Virus record (IMG/VR): IMGVR_UViG_3300031555_001441
Coordinates: 64,001-128,000 of that record
Length of the DNA: 64,000 bases
Direction: 5' to 3' (one strand)
DNA from: a virus
Taxonomy: Duplodnaviria > Caudoviricetes
Shown: positions 19,157-29,159 of the stretch, in pieces
Position numbering within the stretch: position 1 is the first letter of the stretch
How the letters are laid out: every line of letters begins with the position of its first letter
Program-made: the position numbers and the translations under genes
Notes under the pieces: generated by a model
Seen by the model: the letters and a program-made list of their open reading frames with translations, nothing else
What the model was told of the DNA's origin: nothing
Database searches by the model: none

Positions 19157-19975
19157 TTATAAAAGGTCCATCATTTGTTGACCGGCAGTGGTTTGATTGC
19201 GTAGCTGCTGCGTTTGAGAGATATTAAGACTCAATTCAGGATGTTCGTTGTAACATCGTTGAATCCAGTATGTCTCTCTGTTCAGCAAGTTCTCCGTCAA
19301 CGAAACTATCTCGATTATCTCAAACAAATAATCTGTAATATTATCGACCGGGAAGCGATCCGTTTTCATGTGCTCTGCCCATCTGAACATAGGCATATAT
19401 TTTGTTTGGCCTACATAAAACTCTCGTGTAGATTTCTTTGTTATCTTATATATGTATCCAGCTATTTTTGATGTGAACATATCGCGTGTAACAAAGAACT
19501 CACTGTCATCTTCTGGTTTCAATTTGAGTTTTTCGTCATACTTGTATTGATCTTTACACTTTGTGCAACAGAACCGCTTGTATTTGTAGTCCTGAATATT
19601 GTAGAAATCATGACGAATCTCATAGTCCTCAAAGGCGATAGGCCTGCTGTAATATGTGGTCACATGTGCGTGACAGTTATCGCATTCAAACTCAATTCGG
19701 TTGAAATATCGCTCAGTTGTAAAGCAATGTTCCCCGATTATGATGCAATACATATCGCCGGGCTGAAGTTTCTTGCTGTATGCAAAAGGAATATTACCGT
19801 ATGTATCTCGTATTATAGATTTAAATTGATCTCGACTGTCGCACACTATCACATCCATCAATAACTCGATGTTAGATCCCTTACTAGCACTTGAGTAAAA
19901 TCCAAAGGCGATCTCATCAGTTGACGAGATCGGCTCTTCAGGCACTTGATAGATTCTGTATATTATTTCAAGCAT
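19157..19975 (-). CDS. Zinc-binding protein with C-terminal GIY-YIG nuclease domain
   Basis: GYIYKITKKSTREFYVGQT...RWAEH...RETYWI...LN; CDNC...FCCTKC. Confidence 0.75.
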   Translation of the reverse strand: MLEIIYRIYQVPEEPISSTDEIAFGFYSSASKGSNIELLMDVIVCDSRDQFKSIIRDTYGNIPFAYSKKLQPGDMYCIIIGEHCFTTERYFNRIEFECDNCHAHVTTYYSRPIAFEDYEIRHDFYNIQDYKYKRFCCTKCKDQYKYDEKLKLKPEDDSEFFVTRDMFTSKIAGYIYKITKKSTREFYVGQTKYMPMFRWAEHMKTDRFPVDNITDYLFEIIEIVSLTENLLNRETYWIQRCYNEHPELSLNISQTQQLRNQTTAGQQMMDLL

Positions 19976-19976
19976 A

Positions 19977-20249
19977 TTATTCGGACGCTTCCTCTATACT
20001 GTCAATGGCTGCTTGAAGCGTATCCGCGGCATCTTCAAGCGAAGAGAGCGCTTCCTCCAGGTTGGAAACTGCGGCATCTGCTTTTTCATATCTTTCAGAA
20101 TTCTGAAAACTTTCAGGAATGTTGTCGCGACACTCTTCCTCTTCATCCTTTATGGATTCAAGATCATCTTTGGTAGATTCAATATCTCCGAGTATACTTT
20201 CAATTGCACTGATTACATCAGCAAGTGATTTACGTCTTACATCGTTCAT
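19977..20249 (-). CDS. Hypothetical helical phage protein
   Basis: ORF; DEEEECRDNIPESFQNSERYE. Confidence 0.75.
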   Translation of the reverse strand: MNDVRRKSLADVISAIESILGDIESTKDDLESIKDEEEECRDNIPESFQNSERYEKADAAVSNLEEALSSLEDAADTLQAAIDSIEEASE

Positions 20250-20677
20250 TTTATATTCTCCTCATTTTTATGTATTTCATATTCACTGATAGTAGGCCAA
20301 TTTTCATCAGGCCAATCCATTCCAGGGTCATCTGCCCAAGGTTGATATGATTCTTCTTCATGAATGTAGTCAGCATACAACTGCTTCAACGAATCATCTG
20401 ATTCTGAATCCTTCTGGGCAGCTCGAATCAATGTGTCATCCGAATTGACAACTGATCGAGTTGTAGACACATCGTAGTATTCATCTTCTTCTGTATAAGG
20501 ATCAATTAGATCGCTTGGATCTTCCTCAAAGTATGGACAATGTAATACACCACCAAACTCTTCATATTCTGCAAACTCGAGATCCGTCATCAGATCCTCT
20601 TTAGTGCACTCTGAATAGCCCACACTGTAATCTTTAAACAGGTGTTTGCACCTACCGCACTTGATGTACTCAGTCAT
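20246..20677 (-). CDS. Hypothetical protein
   Basis: ORF with AAGGAG RBS; N-terminal Cys cluster. Confidence 0.7.
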   Translation of the reverse strand: MTEYIKCGRCKHLFKDYSVGYSECTKEDLMTDLEFAEYEEFGGVLHCPYFEEDPSDLIDPYTEEDEYYDVSTTRSVVNSDDTLIRAAQKDSESDDSLKQLYADYIHEEESYQPWADDPGMDWPDENWPTISEYEIHKNEENIK

Positions 20678-20695
20678 TGTATCGTTCTCCTTCGC

Positions 20696-20902
20696 TCATC
20701 TCCCGCACAAGCTATCGTACTGCTTCTTTGTCATCAACACGATGTCATCTGAATGCTCTGCACGTCCGGTTTGAATCAGGTCTCGAACCTCTTCTTCGTT
20801 TATCTTAGTATCATTAAACAGGGCTACCAGATTCATCGAATACTCTCCACCGATAACTCGTGTGAATTCTATCATCATTATATGTTCAGTCATGTTGATC
20901 AT
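20696..20902 (-). CDS. Hypothetical protein
   Basis: ORF with AGGAG RBS. Confidence 0.65.
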   Translation of the reverse strand: MINMTEHIMMIEFTRVIGGEYSMNLVALFNDTKINEEEVRDLIQTGRAEHSDDIVLMTKKQYDSLCGR

Positions 20903-20908
20903 CGCTCC

Positions 20909-21196
20909 TTATCTATCGCCGAAGTATTCACCGTTCTCAATGTCGCGGACGCATCTGAGCAGTTCCTCAAGTGAGTTGCTGTTCATGATATCTTCCCACT
21001 CTCGAGGGCTGAGGACCTGACATTCTCTGTATCCGACGCGGCAGATGGTTGTCCACATCCAATCCTGACCCAGGTCAAGATAGACATCTTCGACTGTGTA
21101 AGTTGCGTTGTGCTTGCTGTCGTAAGTGAGCATCCGAGCTACTATCTGTAACTTCTTGTATTCTGGTTCGGTTTCTTTAACGATTCTGTATTTCAT
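20909..21196 (-). CDS. Hypothetical protein
   Basis: ORF with AGGAGG RBS. Confidence 0.7.
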   Translation of the reverse strand: MKYRIVKETEPEYKKLQIVARMLTYDSKHNATYTVEDVYLDLGQDWMWTTICRVGYRECQVLSPREWEDIMNSNSLEELLRCVRDIENGEYFGDR

Positions 21197-21197
21197 G

Positions 21198-21374
21198 TTA
21201 GTTGTCCTCCTTATAGATGAGATCGGCGAGTAGCTTGTCTACGGGCTTGCCGGTTGATTTTGATTCTTCAAATAACTTATTAGCGATTTTCTCGCTCTCA
21301 TTTCGCGTGTAGTTACCGACATCTTGAAGAATGTCGATAACTAACGCGAAGTTCTTAGTTGTTTTCAGCTTCAT
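21198..21374 (-). CDS. Small hypothetical protein, 58 aa (not in the ORF track)
   Basis: Manual translation MKLKTTKNFALVIDILQDVG...; GAGG RBS; fills an operon gap. Confidence 0.6.
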   Translation of the reverse strand: MKLKTTKNFALVIDILQDVGNYTRNESEKIANKLFEESKSTGKPVDKLLADLIYKEDN

Positions 21375-21603
21375 GTTCTACCTCGTCTCTGATTTCGAGG
21401 TCTATGTCTATGATTTCGTCCATTTCGACTCCGAGCTCTTCGAGCTCATGAATCAACTTTGTGACCTCCTGGCCGCCTTCAGATGTCTGATAATAATGAC
21501 GAGCAGCTTCTTTGAACTGATCAATTGTGCAATCGATAGCGTTGAGTCTCATCTGCTCCATCATGTAGTTGGTTCTGAGAACCATTCGGCTCAACGTCAT
21601 CAT
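21355..21603 (-). CDS. Hypothetical protein
   Basis: Start moved to MMTLSR behind GGAGG. Confidence 0.65.
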   Translation of the reverse strand: MMTLSRMVLRTNYMMEQMRLNAIDCTIDQFKEAARHYYQTSEGGQEVTKLIHELEELGVEMDEIIDIDLEIRDEVEHEAENN

Positions 21604-21887
21604 ATCGCCACCTCCATTTCTACGATCTCTGAAGTAGATTTCCAGAAGTCTGTGTTCTCGGGATTCTTGTATGCGTAAGCTCTGACAACGTCGCACTTGC
21701 GAGTGTAACCATATGCTTTAACTGCAGCAGCATGAAGTTCTTTGTACATCCCGGTCTTCTTCGGATGGTCACCTAAGTAAGCGATAAGAGCTTCGTTTCT
21801 GCCGATGTAAGCGATTGCAGTCTCGCCTGCGAAGTTCGGATTCTCTAAAGTTGCGATAGATGTCTCTTTCACCATGTAATACTTCAT
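21600..21887 (-). CDS. Hypothetical protein
   Basis: ORF with AAGGAG RBS downstream of the promoter-like repeat. Confidence 0.7.
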   Translation of the reverse strand: MKYYMVKETSIATLENPNFAGETAIAYIGRNEALIAYLGDHPKKTGMYKELHAAAVKAYGYTRKCDVVRAYAYKNPENTDFWKSTSEIVEMEVAI

Positions 21888-21913
21888 CTTGTAAACTCCT
21901 TCTCTTGAAGAAT

Positions 21914-22013
21914 TGATTTATTTTACAAGTATATTATAAGCCCTTCTGATTAAATCAGTATTATATATTTATTAAATTTTTATAAATTTTAAAGATCAAT
22001 ACATAGAAAAAGC
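21914..22013 (-). promoter_or_regulatory. Dispersed AT-rich promoter-like repeat, copy 1
   Basis: Near-identical to 52108-52183 and 61611-61710; TATAAT boxes and a CTGATTAAATCAG palindrome. Confidence 0.75.
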
Positions 22014-22037
22014 TCCGATGTATTTCGGAGCTTTGTT

Positions 22038-23510
22038 TCATATTACTCTATTGAGTGCTTTATCATACGACCAAGGCTGTATTTGTTCAAATGCATGTGC
22101 AATAGCAAACACATCTTCATCTTGATACTGCTTTCCGATGATCTGCATCCCTACCGGAAGCCCATCGTTTGTCATACCTGCCGGAACAGATGCAGCTGGA
22201 TATCCGACGAAGTTGACCAGGGGTGTTTCGGCAAATGCAATGAATCCTATATTTGGATCAATTGCAACTCCGTCTACTTCCTTTACACATCCGTTGTCTT
22301 CATTGCGAAGCGGCGGACATATTGATGTCGGAGAGACGATTGCGTAATATCCTTGATCAAATACATCTTCAAAGTTGTCAAGAATATCTGTCCGAATCTC
22401 ATTGAACGTGCGCATGCTGTGAATATCAGTATCATATGCGATTTTATTGAATTTTATAAACTCTTCTGGTAGCTCATCTCTGTGATCCTTAACCAGATCG
22501 AGTCCTTGACCTCTCCATAACTCTAAGTCGAGAGCGGTATCAAGCGATATTGACCATGCCCAGCAATACATTATACTGTATGCGGGAAACTTGAAGTTGA
22601 AATTGACGAAGTCTACGTGTGCTCCAGCTTCTTCAAGTCGTTTAGCTGCATTGAATACTATTTCACGAACTTCACTATCCGTTGAGAAAAGATTGAAGTC
22701 ATATGTAAATGCGATCTTCTTTCCCTTGATCGGCTTCTTCATCAACTCTAAGAAATCCTTATTGTTGTTGATCGGAAGACTGATCGGATCTCTCGGATTG
22801 TATCTCGCCATTCCGTTGAGCATCTGCGCGCTATCTTCAACTGTTTTTGTAAGTGCACCATTGAAACAATATGGATGTGTAGCTGACCAACCATCTGGCC
22901 TACAGTAACTTGGAATAGTTCCCAGCGATGCTTTGAAGCCGAAAAGATTGCACCAGCCTGCGGGAATTCGTATAGATCCACCTGCATCTCCACCTTCCCC
23001 AAGAAGAATGAGACCGTCTGCAACAGCTGCTGCGGTACCGCCAGAAGATCCACCTGACGTTCTTCCGGTATCAAATGGATTCTTAGTAGCACCATACATC
23101 TTGTTGATGCAAGCTCCACTGAATCCAAATGCCGGCGCATTTGTTTTTCCTACCGCTATAGCACCAAATTCTTTTGCAGCGGTGTAAAACATAGAATCTG
23201 CATCGTCAACTGCAACGAGTGATTTTACGCCGCCGTGAGAATTTGTCCACCCCTTCTTAGATGGTAAGAAATCTTTAAGGGCAACAGGAACTCCAGCAAA
23301 AGGTCCACAGTATTCTCCTGACTGAATACGCTTTTCCAGCTGACGTGCTTCCTCCATTGCATCCTCAATCTTTGTGTAGGTAAATGCATTGATTGACGGA
23401 TTTCTAGCTTGTATGCGTTCTGCAAAGTAGTTGATTACTTCCGTAGGTGAAACTTGTTTAGTGTTAACAAGCTCACCTAACTGTACTCCGGATAATCTTT
23501 CCAGCTCCAT
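22038..23510 (-). CDS. Amidase-signature family enzyme (GatA-like fold)
   Basis: GVPVALKD, GKTNAPAF, SGGSSGGTAAAV, GGDAGGSIRIPA, GLPVGMQIIG. Confidence 0.95.
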   Translation of the reverse strand: MELERLSGVQLGELVNTKQVSPTEVINYFAERIQARNPSINAFTYTKIEDAMEEARQLEKRIQSGEYCGPFAGVPVALKDFLPSKKGWTNSHGGVKSLVAVDDADSMFYTAAKEFGAIAVGKTNAPAFGFSGACINKMYGATKNPFDTGRTSGGSSGGTAAAVADGLILLGEGGDAGGSIRIPAGWCNLFGFKASLGTIPSYCRPDGWSATHPYCFNGALTKTVEDSAQMLNGMARYNPRDPISLPINNNKDFLELMKKPIKGKKIAFTYDFNLFSTDSEVREIVFNAAKRLEEAGAHVDFVNFNFKFPAYSIMYCWAWSISLDTALDLELWRGQGLDLVKDHRDELPEEFIKFNKIAYDTDIHSMRTFNEIRTDILDNFEDVFDQGYYAIVSPTSICPPLRNEDNGCVKEVDGVAIDPNIGFIAFAETPLVNFVGYPAASVPAGMTNDGLPVGMQIIGKQYQDEDVFAIAHAFEQIQPWSYDKALNRVI

Positions 23511-23513
23511 AGA

Positions 23514-24251
23514 TTACACCTTCACATTGTATTTGTTGAGATATTCCGCACCGACATCTTCTTTCTTCCACTTCCTCGCTATCTTGTAGCCTAAAGGGGA
23601 GAAGATGGCTTCTATAGCGAGTTCCAAAAGCATCATCAAGAATGAACATACAAACACCTGCTGAATTGTCCATCCAAAGAAGATGAATGATACAAACAAT
23701 GCAAATATGAAGTTATCTACAAACTGACCGGCAGCTGTTGAAATGAAACTTCTTACAGCAAATCCGCCGAAAGTATCTTTCTTGTCAACAAGTTTACCTA
23801 TCCCTTTGTTGACAAGAGAATTAACTAGACCTCCAAGGAACATCGCCGCCGCTGAACCGACAACTACATACCATGTTGATGCAAACGTGGAATCCAGCGC
23901 AGCGTTGATAGCAGCACTGATTTCAGGGGTTGCTCCGGCATAACTAGATGCCCAGATTCCGGGAATAGAAACAATTGCAGCATATAGAAGTGCAGTAAGC
24001 AAACTTATTATTGTTGCAATTGTGTTGAGTATGGTTGCAGCTTTTGGTCCAAAGCGTTTGCAAACTGCATCCATACACAGAAATGATATCCATGAAACAA
24101 ATATGCCTGCAGTCGATGCTAACCACGGAAGGTTGAAAATCGACTTGTTGGCCAGTAAATTCATGGATATCACGGATAGAATGAATACTGCTGTTACGAT
24201 ACCTGGTATCGCTCTCATAGTGTCTTTGACTTGTGTTAACAATTTCTTCAT
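23514..24251 (-). CDS. VUT/YhhQ family queuosine-precursor transporter
   Basis: MNLLANK, FLCMDAVCKRFGPKAA, RSFISTAAGQFVDNFIF; about six TM segments; GGAGG RBS. Confidence 0.85.
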   Translation of the reverse strand: MKKLLTQVKDTMRAIPGIVTAVFILSVISMNLLANKSIFNLPWLASTAGIFVSWISFLCMDAVCKRFGPKAATILNTIATIISLLTALLYAAIVSIPGIWASSYAGATPEISAAINAALDSTFASTWYVVVGSAAAMFLGGLVNSLVNKGIGKLVDKKDTFGGFAVRSFISTAAGQFVDNFIFALFVSFIFFGWTIQQVFVCSFLMMLLELAIEAIFSPLGYKIARKWKKEDVGAEYLNKYNVKV

Positions 24252-24265
24252 GTTAACTACCTCCA

Positions 24266-24312
24266 TTATTTTTATTTTAAGACGGGCTGTCAGGATGTTA
24301 CAAAACCGTCTT
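24266..24312 (-). promoter_or_regulatory. PreQ1-I-like riboswitch candidate
   Basis: AAGACGG-UU-UUGU-loop-C-CCGUCUU followed by an A-rich tail ending AUAA beside the RBS; upstream of a VUT gene. Confidence 0.5.
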
Positions 24313-24332
24313 ATTTGCATTCTTCGTATTGA

Positions 24333-24839
24333 TTATTTGTTTCTATCTAAAACAGAAGAGTAGTCGCCTACACGAAGATCGTTGCAGATATCTCTGACCT
24401 TCTTGAGCAGATGCCGCACATTTCGACAATCTTCTTTATTAATCAATACAGTGTATATGATAGGGCTATCTGGTTGCAGATCTGTAAGCTTCATAGGATG
24501 ATCAGATACTCTGAATTTGACTTCAACAGGTTGTCCTAGTATATCTTCAAGACCTTCATAGTACTCCGGTTTAACTGCAATGTAGTACGAATAGCTGTCC
24601 CCACTTTGATATTCGTGCAGTATTTGCAAACCATGATGCAGTATGATCTGCATCACGTTGTATATCAAGTCGTTGTATGCTGCTCTTTGTTCTTCAGTTA
24701 TTTGATATTCTTGCTGAATACTAGATCGACGAGTTAAGTAATCAACAGTTCGTGCTGCAGCTACATCATCCGAGTAATGATTCAAAATTACATCAATGCA
24801 AATCAAGTATCGTGGAGCATTCTGTGTTGATCTTTTCAT
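24333..24839 (-). CDS. Hypothetical protein
   Basis: ORF; SYSYY...VKFRVSDH motif. Confidence 0.7.
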   Translation of the reverse strand: MKRSTQNAPRYLICIDVILNHYSDDVAAARTVDYLTRRSSIQQEYQITEEQRAAYNDLIYNVMQIILHHGLQILHEYQSGDSYSYYIAVKPEYYEGLEDILGQPVEVKFRVSDHPMKLTDLQPDSPIIYTVLINKEDCRNVRHLLKKVRDICNDLRVGDYSSVLDRNK

Positions 24840-24881
24840 TCTTATTTCCTACTTCAGTTATATATATACTATAACGATTCA

Positions 24882-25325
24882 TCAATAGTGACCATACAAA
24901 TCTTCGTCAGTTTCTTCTTCCTCACTACGCCATTCAAATTCAAACGGACCGTCACATTCATATATAGATCCACGTTTACCTACATCATAGCTGCTGAGAT
25001 AGTCTTCATCAAGACATTCATCTGCAAGTTTCTTAAGCAAGTCCTCGTAATCGTCTTCGCTGTGGCAATCTTCGATACCTTCAAGTATGTAGCGCGCGCC
25101 GTCTGCATATTTGTAGAGCCAGTTAGCATAATCAGACAGATCGTTTGCCCAGCCCTCAAGATCATATGTGTTATCAAATACGTCACCGTCATTGTACCAT
25201 TTGTAAATCAACTTGTTGATAGCAGTGACGATTTGATTCATCATCTTTTCGCCTTCGCCACGGTCTGGAAGATACTTATTAAGTATATCTTCAAATTTAT
25301 TGTAGTAACTCCATTCAACTGACAT
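24882..25325 (-). CDS. Hypothetical acidic protein
   Basis: ORF with AGGAG RBS; YKWYNDGD. Confidence 0.75.
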   Translation of the reverse strand: MSVEWSYYNKFEDILNKYLPDRGEGEKMMNQIVTAINKLIYKWYNDGDVFDNTYDLEGWANDLSDYANWLYKYADGARYILEGIEDCHSEDDYEDLLKKLADECLDEDYLSSYDVGKRGSIYECDGPFEFEWRSEEEETDEDLYGHY

Positions 25326-25378
25326 TTGTTATTATCTCCTATTACGTTTATTTATGTATATATAAGGTATGCTACGAA

Positions 25379-26113
25379 TTAATCAAATTTATATTTTCTG
25401 CGAATTGATGCAAATACAGATCCGTCGTAATCTTCAAACAGCTCCTCAGGTGTTCCTTCAAACAGCGTGATCTCCGGTGGATTTGTTTCAGCATCATGTC
25501 CTATCCAAATACGTGCGGGCATATTATTTATATTACCGAAGGTGTCCCACATGAAGTTTTCTATTGTAGATCGCCAGTTGTATCCTTGTGAAGATATTCT
25601 GAAGTAGATAGTATCTTCTCCAACAGAATCCAATTTACCTCCAGCTCGAACCCTTAGAAAATTCTGATTCAAATAGTATGCAATCTTACCTGCAATCTTA
25701 ACATCGTCAAGTCGTTCCCAATTCTCAATGATAGCGAAACTTTCATCCTCTTTCATACCTGTCATGATATCAAGAAGAAGCGATTTTGTTGTCTCACATG
25801 GATCATAAGTATCACAGTACATGATATTGTAGAGAAGATCATCAAACGTAGCATCATAATCGGCATACAATTCTTGTGATACACGAACATACAACCAGTC
25901 TGTAGCAGCTTTACGTATTGGACCACTTAGATCATTATCAAATATCCAGTCAACAACACGTTCAATTTCTGAATAATTATCTTGAGCTGTTCCTGGATTC
26001 GGATGATATGCGTTGTCAATACAGTTATATACATCTCCGTACTTATCTAACATCACGCATTCACCATGGATGACGTATCCTGTAGGTGCTTTATTACACA
26101 GTATCTTTTTCAT
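25379..26113 (-). CDS. Hypothetical protein
   Basis: 244-aa ORF. Confidence 0.75.
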   Translation of the reverse strand: MKKILCNKAPTGYVIHGECVMLDKYGDVYNCIDNAYHPNPGTAQDNYSEIERVVDWIFDNDLSGPIRKAATDWLYVRVSQELYADYDATFDDLLYNIMYCDTYDPCETTKSLLLDIMTGMKEDESFAIIENWERLDDVKIAGKIAYYLNQNFLRVRAGGKLDSVGEDTIYFRISSQGYNWRSTIENFMWDTFGNINNMPARIWIGHDAETNPPEITLFEGTPEELFEDYDGSVFASIRRKYKFD

Positions 26114-26496
26114 CAGAATAAGAATTCATACTCCTTATATGCTTTTGAGATGCGTTTGCATATCTTTTTAAAGATCAACGCAGCCCCTTCCTCTATATTA
26201 TATAACGATTCTGGTTCATAAATATCGAAACCAAGTGTTCTCTCTTCAGGGCTGAGTTCTATCACATTGACTCTTATTTTGTTGAGATATGTCGTGATAT
26301 TGAGGTCTAACACCATTTCATGAACTTCAGGATCTGATACATTTTCCACATATGGCTCTCTATATAGTAAGGTGATGTATACATCGAATGTGTTAGGCGT
26401 AGTTTTGAATTTAAATGCACCGTCAAGCCAGTTATACATGTATCGACCTATCATGTTAACTTGTTGACTTGCAGGAATCTTCTTAAATGTTTTCAT
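26113..26496 (-). CDS. Hypothetical protein
   Basis: ORF coupled to its neighbours; start uncertain (26496 or 26511). Confidence 0.7.
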   Translation of the reverse strand: MKTFKKIPASQQVNMIGRYMYNWLDGAFKFKTTPNTFDVYITLLYREPYVENVSDPEVHEMVLDLNITTYLNKIRVNVIELSPEERTLGFDIYEPESLYNIEEGAALIFKKICKRISKAYKEYEFLF

Positions 26497-27776
26497 GTTA
26501 TATCCGTCCATTCTCCATTTACATATCTATGTATCTTTAGTTTGCGTTCCCACTGTCCTGCAGATGAATTATACTGCCATAAGCCTAGGCTTGATATCGG
26601 AACAGCTACCCAAGTTCCTGTAGTTGCATCATATTTATGTACGATTGAAGCTGCGGGGGTTTGTGACCAGTTAGAATACAGCTGTATTAAACTAGAATCC
26701 GACGGCAGCGGATCAGATGGCTGAATCAGCGTTCCACCAGGTGTCAGTGACCATCCGTCAAAAGTATATCCAGTTCGAGTAGGTACTGGAAGCTGTCCAA
26801 ACACAGGCTGTTGCCACTGTGCATACAATGTTAAATTAGCATTACTTGTATATGATTGTGCAACTGTGTATGTGGTTCCGGTTCCGGCTGCATTAGTATT
26901 CCAATTGATAAATGTTTTGGTGTATCGTTGCGTTTCAGGAGTTGCTACATCTGAAGGCACATTGAAATGAACAAAATATGGACCCGCAGGAACATCAGGA
27001 CCGCGTCTTATCAATATAGGGCCATCTAAAGATTTGACAGCTACATATGTAGAAGTGTTCCCGTCAAACTGTCCTCCGTTAGCATTATATGTTATCACAG
27101 CATTTTCAAGTGCATCTTTTAATGAGAATGTAGATGCCCATCCCCACCAGTCAGCTCCAGAAGTGTGTGTGGTAAATTGATTAAATTTAACATACAAACT
27201 CGCAAACGCGTTCATGGACTGATACTCTGATTTAAGATAGAAATATAATCTTTCATTAGATGTATCTGCAATGAATGTAGCTGTAGCACCATCAGGAGCA
27301 TCTGTATATACATCACCATCAGATAGTACACGAGTTGCTACCACAATGTGAGGAGGTTCATACATGTGCGAAGTTGGATCATATATCGAAGAATCTGTTG
27401 ATGCAAATATCGCATTTATACGAGGTAAAGATGCACCTCCAATTGTCCACGAATAGGGATTAACAGCTGGAAGTGATGTGATTCCATATTGACTTGATGT
27501 TATGTGATTGTATACTAGTTCAACTTCTTTATTTGTTCCTGATGTATTGACTGCGCTATCAGGAGTTAATATTAGATACAGACCAAATGGTCGCTGGTTG
27601 AGCCAGCGTGCATTATGTGCTGAATACTTAGATCGGACGAGTTTCAAATATGTGATATAGATTTTTGCAGGATTGGATTCGTCAACTTCTAAGGTAGCCG
27701 TAAGTCTATCTTCGCCCGTACCTCCTACTTCAGTCCCAACTAAATGATTAACTATCTTATATTTAAATCTTGCCAT
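26493..27776 (-). CDS. Virion protein with InlB B-repeat (Listeria-Bacteroides repeat) domains
   Basis: ITYNANGG, FINWNTNAAGTGT...LTLYAQW, PTRTGYTFDGW. Confidence 0.75.
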   Translation of the reverse strand: MARFKYKIVNHLVGTEVGGTGEDRLTATLEVDESNPAKIYITYLKLVRSKYSAHNARWLNQRPFGLYLILTPDSAVNTSGTNKEVELVYNHITSSQYGITSLPAVNPYSWTIGGASLPRINAIFASTDSSIYDPTSHMYEPPHIVVATRVLSDGDVYTDAPDGATATFIADTSNERLYFYLKSEYQSMNAFASLYVKFNQFTTHTSGADWWGWASTFSLKDALENAVITYNANGGQFDGNTSTYVAVKSLDGPILIRRGPDVPAGPYFVHFNVPSDVATPETQRYTKTFINWNTNAAGTGTTYTVAQSYTSNANLTLYAQWQQPVFGQLPVPTRTGYTFDGWSLTPGGTLIQPSDPLPSDSSLIQLYSNWSQTPAASIVHKYDATTGTWVAVPISSLGLWQYNSSAGQWERKLKIHRYVNGEWTDIT

Positions 27777-27805
27777 ATGTGTTCACCTGCTGTAAATTTA
27801 ACTGA

Positions 27806-29032
27806 TCACCAGCCGATGCCGATAGAACCATCAGGAATATTAGGATCAGCTAGCGGTTCAGTTTTTGAAATATATAGACGAACTGCAGCATTAGTTCCGG
27901 GATGGAATGTTATGTATCCATTCGGCATGTCTTCTTTGATAGATTTTAGATGATATCCGAGTATATCAATAGCTTCATTGCGAGCTAGTGCATTTAACAA
28001 CATTGACCATATTATATTGTGACTGTGATCGAGGTCTCTTGCTTCAATAGTTGAAGGTGAGGAAGGAAGCGACGGTACTACAGTATTAGGATTCTCTGAG
28101 ATAGTATAATCAACACCATCTTCATCAGTGAGCGATAGTGCTTTGAATGTGTCACCAGATTGATCAAATTCTACCAGCTGTGCCGGACCTTGTGTGTGCG
28201 AATATGGATCATTATAGTTGATGCTGTTGACCAATATTTCTACAGATTCTGGAAGGTACTGTAGATAAAGATTTGGTACTGTGAATATTACTTTTGCTGC
28301 CCAAGGGAATACAGCCGGACCTAAGTAGTCGCCATCTTGCGGATCTGCAGTTGTCCAAGAGTCCATTCCAGCTGTCCCATTCAGTACGCTGCTATCTGTA
28401 AATCCTGTTAATATGATATAGGGTTCACGACCTGCTTGAATTTTAGAAGTCAGTTCTAGTCGTAATACAGGAGCTACAGAGAGGTCCGGTGTAAATGCAG
28501 ATACAGGCTCAGTAGCTGACTGAGGTGTCCATGTACCTGCTTGAAGAAGTATGCCGTCAAGTATCTTAGGATAGCTCTCATTTAATCTAAGACGTCGTTT
28601 CTGAAGCATCCATCCTGATATATCCGAAGACATCGGAAGTTGTGCGGGGTCTGCTACTGATCCAGATGGATGATTATCAGGATCATTTCCAAGCATCCAT
28701 CCGTAACTTTGAACTTTGTACGGAAAGATTGTTTCACCTGATTCAAATAGACCTTCGCCATCGAAGTAAGAAGCATATATAGTATTCGCTGCCCTCAATC
28801 TAGTATTTGTAGGTAGTTGAATATCTAATCGATATCTACGTGCAGAGCCTACATACGTACCGAGATCTGCAGGTACTCGTAGTACAAGCGACGTGCCCAT
28901 AGCAATAGACGACGATAACCATTCCTTGGGAGATGCTGGAACAGCATCAGGATCTGTAGATTTGACTTGTTTCACATACTCTTCATAAGCATTCAAGCCC
29001 ATCACACGACCTTCATCCCATAATTCTGCCAT
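27806..29032 (-). CDS. Putative tail/baseplate protein
   Basis: GLNAYEEY...EWLSS N-terminus; structural-gene context. Confidence 0.6.
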   Translation of the reverse strand: MAELWDEGRVMGLNAYEEYVKQVKSTDPDAVPASPKEWLSSSIAMGTSLVLRVPADLGTYVGSARRYRLDIQLPTNTRLRAANTIYASYFDGEGLFESGETIFPYKVQSYGWMLGNDPDNHPSGSVADPAQLPMSSDISGWMLQKRRLRLNESYPKILDGILLQAGTWTPQSATEPVSAFTPDLSVAPVLRLELTSKIQAGREPYIILTGFTDSSVLNGTAGMDSWTTADPQDGDYLGPAVFPWAAKVIFTVPNLYLQYLPESVEILVNSINYNDPYSHTQGPAQLVEFDQSGDTFKALSLTDEDGVDYTISENPNTVVPSLPSSPSTIEARDLDHSHNIIWSMLLNALARNEAIDILGYHLKSIKEDMPNGYITFHPGTNAAVRLYISKTEPLADPNIPDGSIGIGW

Positions 29033-29159
29033 AATATGTTAAACCTCCTAGATTCACGATTGTATACTTTTATAGAAGGTTTACATGCATATGAATATAA
29101 AAAATAGAATGCTAAGTAGCATTCTATTAAATATGAATATTAGCAGATGAGGAATTTTG

